64,000 nt of DNA from Patescibacteria group bacterium (lineage in GTDB: Bacteria; Patescibacteriota; Patescibacteriia; UBA1558; GWA2-36-10): assembly GCA_041662585.1 (NCBI GenBank), contig JBAZSG010000004.1, positions 18,173 to 82,172 on the forward strand. The letters run 5' to 3'. Each line of letters begins with the position of its first letter. Positions within the stretch are counted from its first letter, which is position 1. The notes below the pieces were generated by a model. The model saw only the letters and a program-made list of their open reading frames with translations, was not told where the DNA came from and did no database searches. Shown piece by piece: positions 56,552 to 64,000 of this stretch. The position numbers and the translations under genes were made by a program.

Positions 56552-57592
56552 ATGTCTAATCAATCTATTTCAATTACCACAGAAACAATCTTAAGAATAA
56601 TAACTATATTATTATTCTTGGGTTTTATGTTTTTGATAAAAGATGTTTTGGCTCTGCTATTTGTAGCAGTGATATTAGCAGCTGCTTTTGATCCTTTGGT
56701 TGATTGGCTACATAGATTTAAGATGCCAAGAGCTATTAGTATCATTGGAGTTTATATTATAAGTTTATCTTTGGTAGCTTGGTCTATATATCTTTTATCT
56801 GGGCCTTTGGCTACACAAATTGTAGATATGTCTAGAGCTTTTCCAGATTTTTATAACAAAATTAATCAAAACTTAGGAGGTACCATAGATCTTAATCATT
56901 TGTTTAATAAAGAGGCTATTAGTGCTAGTTTTACTGATATTACCAAAAGTCTAGGGCAAGCTACTACTGGAATATTTAATATTTTGTCTTCTATTTTTGG
57001 TGGTATGATTAGTTTTTTTATGGTTTTGGTTATTACTTTTTATCTGACCGTAGAAGAAGATGGCGTTAAGCGTTTTATTTCTTCTATCACCCCAATTAGG
57101 CATCGTCCTTATATTTCAAAATTGATTGTTGATATGCAACATCGTATGGGCTATTGGCTTCGAGGACAATTGTTGTTGTCACTAGTCATTTTTATCATGG
57201 TTTATCTTGGTTTGATGTTTTTGGGAATAAAGTATGCCTTGTTATTGGCATTGATAGCAGGCTTATTTGAAATTGTGCCATTTATTGGTCCTTGGATTGC
57301 AGCTATCCCTGGTGTATTTTTTGCCTTAGCCTACAGCCCTAGTAAAGCTTTTTGGGTAGCTATTATGTATCTGGTAATTCAACAACTAGAAAACAATTTG
57401 ATAGTGCCAAAAATCATGGGTAAAACTACCGGTCTCAATCCACTAGTAGTGCTTGTTGCTATCATGGTTGGTGCTCGATTGGGTGGTGTAGTAGGAGCAT
57501 TACTGGCTGTGCCAGTAGCTTTGGCAATCGCTGTTTATGTCGAAAGTTTGATAGGCGATAAAAAAAAGAACGATAATAAATTATCTAAATAA
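56552..57592 (+). CDS. AI-2E family transporter
   Basis: VPFIGP, QQLENNLIVPKIMG, LNPL..G..GALLAVP. Confidence 0.9.
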   Translation: MSNQSISITTETILRIITILLFLGFMFLIKDVLALLFVAVILAAAFDPLVDWLHRFKMPRAISIIGVYIISLSLVAWSIYLLSGPLATQIVDMSRAFPDFYNKINQNLGGTIDLNHLFNKEAISASFTDITKSLGQATTGIFNILSSIFGGMISFFMVLVITFYLTVEEDGVKRFISSITPIRHRPYISKLIVDMQHRMGYWLRGQLLLSLVIFIMVYLGLMFLGIKYALLLALIAGLFEIVPFIGPWIAAIPGVFFALAYSPSKAFWVAIMYLVIQQLENNLIVPKIMGKTTGLNPLVVLVAIMVGARLGGVVGALLAVPVALAIAVYVESLIGDKKKNDNKLSK

Positions 57593-58258
57593 ATGTTATA
57601 TATTGTTGCTACTCCAATTGGAAACTTAGAAGACATCACATTGCGTGCTTTAGAAGTTTTAAAGAACGTAGATATTGTATTGGCCGAAGATACTCGGGTC
57701 AGCAAAAAACTTTTTAGTCATTATAAAATAAACACTCAGCTTATATCTTGGCATCAGCATAGTAGTGATAAAGATTTTGATAAGTTGGCCAAGTATTTTG
57801 CTAGCAATAAAAATGTCGCTTTGATTACTGATGCTGGCAGTCCAGGTATTTCCGATCCAGGTGGCAAGCTTATAGAATTGGTATTGACCAATTTTCCTGA
57901 TATAGAGATTGTAGCTGTGCCTGGTGCTTCAGCTTTGACGGCTATGATATCTATCGCTGGTATAGCGATGGACAAATTTTTATTTTTGGGATTTTTGCCA
58001 CACAAAAAAGGTAGACAGACCTTGATGACAGAGATAAAAGCCAGTAAAAGACCAGTAATATTTTTTGAATCAGTTCATCGTGTACTAAAAACTCTGGATC
58101 AACTAGCTGATTGTAATAAACAATTAATAATCGGTAGAGAATTAACCAAAAAGTTTGAAACTGTCTATCGTGGTACTGCTAAAGAGATTTTAGCAAAATT
58201 AAATAATGATAAAAACCAACAAAAAGGTGAATTTGTAATAATCGTAAACAATGTCTAG
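57593..58258 (+). CDS. rsmI: 16S rRNA C1402 2'-O-methyltransferase
   Basis: LYIVATPIGNLEDIT, AEDTR, DAGSPGISDPG, RELTKKFE. Confidence 0.95.
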   Translation: MLYIVATPIGNLEDITLRALEVLKNVDIVLAEDTRVSKKLFSHYKINTQLISWHQHSSDKDFDKLAKYFASNKNVALITDAGSPGISDPGGKLIELVLTNFPDIEIVAVPGASALTAMISIAGIAMDKFLFLGFLPHKKGRQTLMTEIKASKRPVIFFESVHRVLKTLDQLADCNKQLIIGRELTKKFETVYRGTAKEILAKLNNDKNQQKGEFVIIVNNV

Positions 58259-58311
58259 AGAGAATGATACAGAAGGGCTTTGATAAATATAATAATTTAA
58301 AATAAATATTT

Positions 58312-58578
58312 ATGTCACTTACGAAACAATTGGGCACTATTAGTATTTTGATGAAAGATAGACATAGTTATGCAGTTGAGGTTCAAGAAATATTGACTGA
58401 ACATGGAAATTTGATTATGGCTAGAATGGGAGTCAATCCTGCCAGAACATGTGTAAAAAATTGCACAGGCATCATTACCATAATAGTTGAGGGTACAACC
58501 AAAGAAATAAATGATTTGACCAAAAAACTTGATAAGGTGTATGGTGTGGTAGCTAAGAGTGTAATTATTACCAAATAA
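58312..58578 (+). CDS. ACT-like small protein (TM1266 / iron-only hydrogenase regulator family-like)
   Basis: ISI..DR....VQEILTEHG.LI.ARMG..I..LTKKL..V.GV.AKS. Confidence 0.7.
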   Translation: MSLTKQLGTISILMKDRHSYAVEVQEILTEHGNLIMARMGVNPARTCVKNCTGIITIIVEGTTKEINDLTKKLDKVYGVVAKSVIITK

Positions 58579-59033
58579 TGAATTTTGCTATAAGACAACT
58601 AAAAACCGAAGATTTACAAGATGGCAGTGGCTTTTTAGAAACATTATCTCATCTTAGTGATATCAGTAACTTAGCTATTAAAGCAAGACAAGAAATTTTT
58701 GAACGAGCTAGTGGCAATGGAATTTATTTTTTAGTGGCTGTATCAGAAGAAGAGGAAAACAAGGGACAGATTGTTTCAACAGTCAAGCTGATAGTAGAAC
58801 CAAAGTTTTTTCATGGAGGTCTTTCAGCTGGACATATAGAAGATGTGGTTACTCGCCAAGGATTTGAAGGGCAAGGCTTATCCAAAGCTTTACTTACAGA
58901 GGCTATTAAGATTGCCAGAGACAGTGGTTGTTACAAAGTTATTTTAGATTGTAAAAAAGAATTTATTCCTTTTTATAGCAAATTAGGATTAACAGAGCAT
59001 GATATTTGTATGAGATTAGATTTGATTGATTAA
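58578..59033 (+). CDS. GNAT acetyltransferase, GNA1 (glucosamine-6-phosphate N-acetyltransferase)-like
   Basis: EPKFFH..GHIEDVV..GQGL..GCYKVILDC..FY.KLG. Confidence 0.8.
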   Translation: MNFAIRQLKTEDLQDGSGFLETLSHLSDISNLAIKARQEIFERASGNGIYFLVAVSEEEENKGQIVSTVKLIVEPKFFHGGLSAGHIEDVVTRQGFEGQGLSKALLTEAIKIARDSGCYKVILDCKKEFIPFYSKLGLTEHDICMRLDLID

Positions 59034-59042
59034 TTAAAAATA

Positions 59043-60473
59043 ATGAAAAAGTTTTATATCACCACACCTATATATTATGTCAATGACAAGCCACACATTG
59101 GCCATGCTTATACTACCATAGTAGCTGATGTTTTGGCTCGTTTTTGGCGTCAACAAATTGGAGATAAAAATGTATTTTTTTTGACTGGTACTGATGAGCA
59201 TGGTGCCAAAATTGCCGAAGCTGCTCAAAAAGAAGGTCTAGAACCACAGGCCTTTACAGATAAAGTATCACAAAAATTTAAAGATGCTTGGTCAGCTATG
59301 GAAATTGATTATGATCAATTTATTCGTACTACTGATAAAGAACATGTAAAGATTGTTGGCGATATTTTAAATACTTTAAAAGATAAAGGAGTACTCTATC
59401 AAGGAGATTATCAGGGGCTGTATTGTGTGGGTTGTGAAAAATTTATTTTAGAAAGTGAACTAGTAGACGGTAAGTGTCCAGACCATAATAGAGTGCCAGA
59501 TAAGCTAAAAGAAAAAAATTGGTTTTTCAAATTGTCGGATTTTTTACCAAAGATAAAAACTGCCATTGAGTCAGGCGAGTTGTATATCTATCCAGAGTCT
59601 AGAAAAAAAGAAGTGCTAGGTTTAATAGACAAACAACATGTACCAGATTTTTCTATTTCACGATCCAAAAAAGCTGTGCCATGGGGTATAGATTTACCAT
59701 GGGATAGTGATCAAAAAACATATGTGTGGATAGACGCTTTGAGCAATTATATTACAGCTCTTAACTATCCGCAGGGAAAATATTTTAAAAAGTTTTGGCC
59801 AGCTGATGCTCAGTTTTTGGCTTTAGATATATTGAAGTTTCATGCTCTTTATTGGCCAGCCATACTCATGGCTCTTGGTTTGCCTTTACCCAAATTGTAT
59901 ATTCATGGTTTTTTTACTATCAATGGTAAGAAGATGAGTAAAACTTTGGGCAATGTCATCAGTCCCAATGAATTGGCAGACAAGTATGGTGCGGAAGTAA
60001 GTAAATATTTGATATTATCTCAATTTTCTTTTGGACAAGAATCAGATATTAAGGTAGATGATTTTTCAGTAAAATATAATGCTGATTTGGTAAATGGCTT
60101 GGGTAATTTGGTAAATCGTGTTACCAATATGGTAGAACAATATATGGCTGGTAAAATAAATATTGAGTTTAAAGATATGTCTTTGGGCAAGGAAGAATTA
60201 AAACAACTTCATTTCAGAGAAGCTTTGCTTACTATTTGGCAAGTCATAGCCAAAGATAATACTTTGATAGATCAATCCAGGCCTTGGGAACTAGCCAAAG
60301 CTGATACCAATAAAGATAAATTAGAAAAAATACTTCAAGAGCTTAGTTTGGATTTGTATAATATTGCTTTAGCTCTTAAGCCTTTTATGCCAAAAAAGTC
60401 TAAAGAGATATTGGATATAATCACTGCCAAAAAAGTTCAAAAGCCAGCTAAGCCATTATTTCCTAGAATATAA
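59043..60473 (+). CDS. metG: Methionine-tRNA ligase, short form
   Basis: YITTPIYY, HIGH, GTDEHG, KMSKT. Confidence 0.95.
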   Translation: MKKFYITTPIYYVNDKPHIGHAYTTIVADVLARFWRQQIGDKNVFFLTGTDEHGAKIAEAAQKEGLEPQAFTDKVSQKFKDAWSAMEIDYDQFIRTTDKEHVKIVGDILNTLKDKGVLYQGDYQGLYCVGCEKFILESELVDGKCPDHNRVPDKLKEKNWFFKLSDFLPKIKTAIESGELYIYPESRKKEVLGLIDKQHVPDFSISRSKKAVPWGIDLPWDSDQKTYVWIDALSNYITALNYPQGKYFKKFWPADAQFLALDILKFHALYWPAILMALGLPLPKLYIHGFFTINGKKMSKTLGNVISPNELADKYGAEVSKYLILSQFSFGQESDIKVDDFSVKYNADLVNGLGNLVNRVTNMVEQYMAGKINIEFKDMSLGKEELKQLHFREALLTIWQVIAKDNTLIDQSRPWELAKADTNKDKLEKILQELSLDLYNIALALKPFMPKKSKEILDIITAKKVQKPAKPLFPRI

Positions 60474-60514
60474 ATATTGGTGTATTATATATATAAATTA
60501 ATATAAAAATAATT

Positions 60515-61033
60515 ATGAATTGGTTTGATATTTTCTTAATAGTCATTTTATTCATTTTCACTTGGAAAGGATTTAGAGCTGGCTTGGTGGGAGCTATTGG
60601 AGGGTTTTTTGGAACTATTTTTGGGATTTGGGCAGGCGCTCATTATATGCAACAAGCTGGCGCTTGGATAATGGAGCTTATCAATTTTAGCAATGAGTAT
60701 TTAGCAATTATCCTTGGATTTTTAGCGATATTTTTGGCTATCAATATTGTAGTCAGCATTATTGTTTCTATTATCAATAAAGTTTTTCATATTATTCCTT
60801 TTATCAATTTAATAAACAAACTTTTAGGAGCTGTTGTCGGTATTGTGACTGGAGCTTTGGCTGTTTCAGCGATAGTCTATATTATGTCACTATTACCAAT
60901 TAGTGAGGCTATATCAGGCAATATATTGCATTCACAGATAGCTGATACGGCTCTAAAAATTGCCTTTATAGTCAAACCATTTATACCAGAGGCTATTAAA
61001 GGTTTAAAATCAATTTTTGAAAATGTTAATTGA
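60515..61033 (+). CDS. CvpA-family membrane protein
   Basis: MNWFD..GFRAG..NKLLGAVVG. Confidence 0.82.
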   Translation: MNWFDIFLIVILFIFTWKGFRAGLVGAIGGFFGTIFGIWAGAHYMQQAGAWIMELINFSNEYLAIILGFLAIFLAINIVVSIIVSIINKVFHIIPFINLINKLLGAVVGIVTGALAVSAIVYIMSLLPISEAISGNILHSQIADTALKIAFIVKPFIPEAIKGLKSIFENVN

Positions 61034-61835
61034 TAGTCATGCCCATCTAAACTTTGAAGCATACAAAGATGACCTGTCAGCAGTGATAGGTCGCTCTTGT
61101 CAAGCCAATATGCGCGTCATAAATATCGGCGCAGCTTATGATACTAGTCTCAAAGCTGTCAATTTGGCTTTGGCTGAGCCTAGTTTTTTTAGCGCCATTG
61201 GTCTTCATCCTGTGCATGTCTATGACGAAGAGTTTAATGTTGAGCATTTTCAAGACTTGATACATAGTGCCAAGGGCAGAGTAGTAGCTATGGGAGAAAC
61301 TGGTTTTGATTATTTTCATCTTTGGCAATCTTTAGAAAAAGGTGCCAAAGATATTGCCGAAATAAAAGCCAAACAAGAAACAGTTTTTCGTAACCATATC
61401 AAATTGGCTAAAGAAAATAAGCTAGCTTTAGTAGTCCATGGCAGAAATGGTAAGGAAGATAAAACTGCTTATCAAGATATTTATCGAGTCCTCAAAGATG
61501 AAGGATTTACCAGAGGCGTGATACATTGTTATGGAGGAAATTTAGAAGAAGCCAAAGCTTTTGTTGCTTTGGGGCTATATATAGGTTTTACAGGAATAGT
61601 GACTTTTGATAAAACAGGAGTATTGGAAGAAATTGTTAAGTGGATACCAGAAGATAAAATGTTGATAGAAACCGATGCACCGTATTTGTCACCAGTGCCA
61701 AATAGAGGCAAGCGCAATGAGCCAATATATGTAAAGCATGTGGCAGAAAAAATTGCCGAAATAAAAAACAAAAGTGTAGAGGAAATAATAGAGATTACTG
61801 GCAACAATGCTATTAAGTTATTTGGATTAAAATAA
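61023..61835 (+). CDS. tatD: TatD-family hydrolase
   Basis: DSHAH, GLHP, GETGFD, HCY, ETDAPYL, RGKRNEP. Confidence 0.93.
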   Translation: MLIDSHAHLNFEAYKDDLSAVIGRSCQANMRVINIGAAYDTSLKAVNLALAEPSFFSAIGLHPVHVYDEEFNVEHFQDLIHSAKGRVVAMGETGFDYFHLWQSLEKGAKDIAEIKAKQETVFRNHIKLAKENKLALVVHGRNGKEDKTAYQDIYRVLKDEGFTRGVIHCYGGNLEEAKAFVALGLYIGFTGIVTFDKTGVLEEIVKWIPEDKMLIETDAPYLSPVPNRGKRNEPIYVKHVAEKIAEIKNKSVEEIIEITGNNAIKLFGLK

Positions 61836-61943
61836 ATATTTATAGACATAATAATATTATATTGCTCGTGTTATGAATTATCTGCTCCGTTGCTAAAGCA
61901 AAGTCGCATCTAAATCATAACTCTCGCAATAATAAATAAAAAA

Positions 61944-62270
61944 ATGTTAGATGATGATAAAGATTTTAAATTTTCTAAATTAACTCCAGAAAATATTGTT
62001 ATAAATTATATTTTTAATATGGAGCAGGGAGATTTTGGAATACTGGACGAAGTAAAATCTGCTATTCATCAGCAAGTAGCTCTGGAACTTATCAAAGCTG
62101 GACAAGCTAAATTATTGGCAGATAATCTAGAGAAGTTTAAAGACATTGATAAACAGCAAATAGTAGAGTCAATTATTGAATCAGGAGACAATTTTTTGGC
62201 TAGTCAGATAGCTGGTCAAACTACAGATATAGAGCTTGATGATTTGGGAGATATAATAGATAAAATATAA
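61944..62270 (+). CDS. Hypothetical acidic protein
   Basis: 108-aa ORF in operon orientation. Confidence 0.55.
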   Translation: MLDDDKDFKFSKLTPENIVINYIFNMEQGDFGILDEVKSAIHQQVALELIKAGQAKLLADNLEKFKDIDKQQIVESIIESGDNFLASQIAGQTTDIELDDLGDIIDKI

Positions 62271-62279
62271 TATAAATAT

Positions 62280-63332
62280 ATGGAAACATTTTCATTATTA
62301 ATTTCAATTTTAGTCTTAGCACTCATGGCAGTAGTGATTTTTTTGCTTTTTAGGAATAACAAGCCTCAGGAAGTAAAAGAAGATAAGGCTATGTTGATGT
62401 TGCAACAGCAATTAAATGATTTGACTAAACAGTTAGGAGAAAAAATTGACAATACTACTAGACATTCTTCCAAGATGCTCCAAGATCAGTTTATGGAAAC
62501 AAGTCGTATTTCCAAAGATGTCACTGAAAAACTTTTAAAATTGGAAGAAACAAATAAACAAGTAGTTAGTTTTACTGATCAGTTACAAAATTTGGAAAAA
62601 GTTTTGACCAATGCCAAGACCAGAGGCAATCTTGGTGAAGCAAGTTTGGAAATGATATTAGCAAATATATTACCTCCTCAATCATATGAGATGCAGTATC
62701 ATTTTAAAAATGGTGAAGCAGTTGATGCTGTTGTTAAGATTAAAGATAAAGTATTACCAGTTGATGCTAAGTTTTCTTTGGAAAACTATCGTCGTATTAT
62801 TGATGAACAAGACAAAAGCAAAAAAGAGACGCTAGAAAAAGAATTCAAAAATGATTTGAAAAAAAGAATTGATGAAACTTCTAAATATATTCGTCCTAGT
62901 GAAGATACGCTTGATTTTGCTTTTATGTTTATCCCAGCGGAGGGAATATATTATGACTTACTCATTAATGAAGTAGGGGCAGTCAAAGTAAATACGCGAT
63001 CTTTAATTGATTATGCTTTTAATGAAAAGAAAGTTATTATAGTTTCTCCTACTACTTTTGCCGCTTATTTGCAGACAGTATTGCAAGGTCTCAAAGCTTT
63101 ACAAATAGAAGAATCAGCCAAAGAAATTCGTAAAAATGTTGAGATGTTACAAAAGCATCTATTGGCTTATGGTGAGTATCACAAAAAACTTGGTAACCAG
63201 CTCTCTACTGTAGCTAATACTTATAATATTTCTAATAAAGAATTCAATAAAATTGATAAGGATGTGTTGAAAATTAGTGGTAAATCAGGGGAGTTTGAGC
63301 TAGAAGATGTTGAAAAACCCAGGTTAGAGTAA
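62280..63332 (+). CDS. rmuC: DNA recombination protein RmuC
   Basis: KTRGNLGE, VDAKF, KYI.P..T.DFAFMFIPAE, VSPTT. Confidence 0.92.
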   Translation: METFSLLISILVLALMAVVIFLLFRNNKPQEVKEDKAMLMLQQQLNDLTKQLGEKIDNTTRHSSKMLQDQFMETSRISKDVTEKLLKLEETNKQVVSFTDQLQNLEKVLTNAKTRGNLGEASLEMILANILPPQSYEMQYHFKNGEAVDAVVKIKDKVLPVDAKFSLENYRRIIDEQDKSKKETLEKEFKNDLKKRIDETSKYIRPSEDTLDFAFMFIPAEGIYYDLLINEVGAVKVNTRSLIDYAFNEKKVIIVSPTTFAAYLQTVLQGLKALQIEESAKEIRKNVEMLQKHLLAYGEYHKKLGNQLSTVANTYNISNKEFNKIDKDVLKISGKSGEFELEDVEKPRLE

Positions 63333-63402
63333 GGGCGAAAAAACTATTGACTTTTTGGCGGTTTACATATATAATGTAGCCGCTTTTGTTTATTATAAAT
63401 TT

Positions 63403-63702
63403 ATGCCATCGGTTGAAAAAGATAACAAAAACAAGGACAAAAATGATCTAATGAGACTAGCTATGACGATGTTTGTTGAGGCTAGTGGTTGGATTGCTTT
63501 TCCAGTTATAGGTGCTTTATTTTTGGGCAGATGGTTAGACGATAAGCAGGGTACAGAACCATTGTATTTTATCAGTATTACAGCCTTAGCTTTTATTGTT
63601 TCTTCGGTCGGAATTGGTAAAACGGGAGTAAAATACATGAAAAAAATTGAACAAGAAGATGCTTTAAAGAAACAAGACAAAAATGAGTCAAGAGACAAGT
63701 AA
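63403..63702 (+). CDS. AtpZ/AtpI-family ATP synthase accessory protein
   Basis: GALFLGRWLDDKQGTEP; directly upstream of atpB. Confidence 0.8.
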   Translation: MPSVEKDNKNKDKNDLMRLAMTMFVEASGWIAFPVIGALFLGRWLDDKQGTEPLYFISITALAFIVSSVGIGKTGVKYMKKIEQEDALKKQDKNESRDK

Positions 63703-64000
63703 TAATCAAGAAGTTTTAGATAATATAAACAACTCTTTAGAAGAAGAAGTTGAGGTTACTGGCGAACACGAAGAACACGAGCATACTCTTTTTGCCGAAA
63801 ATTTATTTAGTATAGGTAATTTTAATATTACCAATTCTCTGCTTACATCTTGGGTAGCAGTTTTTTTGATTATTATTTTAGCTATTGTCATTAGAATAAA
63901 AAATTCTAAAATACCATCAAGGTTTCAAAGTTTCATAGAGACAGTTATTGAAGGTGCTTATAATATGATGGATATGGTGACCGATAATCGATCTAAAAGT
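63683..64000 (+). CDS. atpB: F0F1 ATP synthase subunit a, 5' part truncated by the window end; not in the ORF track
   Basis: MSQETS..TLFAENLFSIGNFNITNSLLTSW..IPSRFQSFIE. Confidence 0.85.
   Translation, partial: MSQETSNNQEVLDNINNSLEEEVEVTGEHEEHEHTLFAENLFSIGNFNITNSLLTSWVAVFLIIILAIVIRIKNSKIPSRFQSFIETVIEGAYNMMDMVTDNRSKS

Noticed and set aside
63706-63891. 61-aa minus-strand ORF
   Set aside because: Antisense to atpB.

Overview
AT-rich bacterial chromosome segment read with the standard genetic code. The gene content suggests a Patescibacteria/CPR-type genome (inference): alpha2-type GlyRS, type-2 IleRS, a DUF5667 anti-sigma protein, a membrane-anchored Clp ATPase, salvage-type metabolism and apparently leaderless promoters. 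Positions 3.7-9.6 kb form a defence-like island. It carries a protein with a HEPN-like RxxxxH motif, then an unusual tRNA with a serine-type body but a UAA (Leu) anticodon and no encoded CCA, then an RNase H-fold protein, a DpnII-type restriction-modification pair and an AIPR protein. The HEPN-like gene / tRNA / RNase H trio is the best candidate here for an undescribed system. Positions 9.6-26 kb are an accessory region with repeat-flanked single genes, duplicated tspO, a Fic gene, a decayed proline iminopeptidase, a large S8 protease, a high-GC ridA, a fatty-acid desaturase and an ECF sigma/anti-sigma pair. A six-tRNA cluster lies at 27.4-28.0 kb. The remainder is mostly housekeeping (parAB, rel, topA, dprA, ileS, recO, tgt, GlyRS, rsmI, metG, tatD, rmuC) and ends in the start of the ATP synthase operon. 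All calls are from motif recognition by eye; no searches were run.
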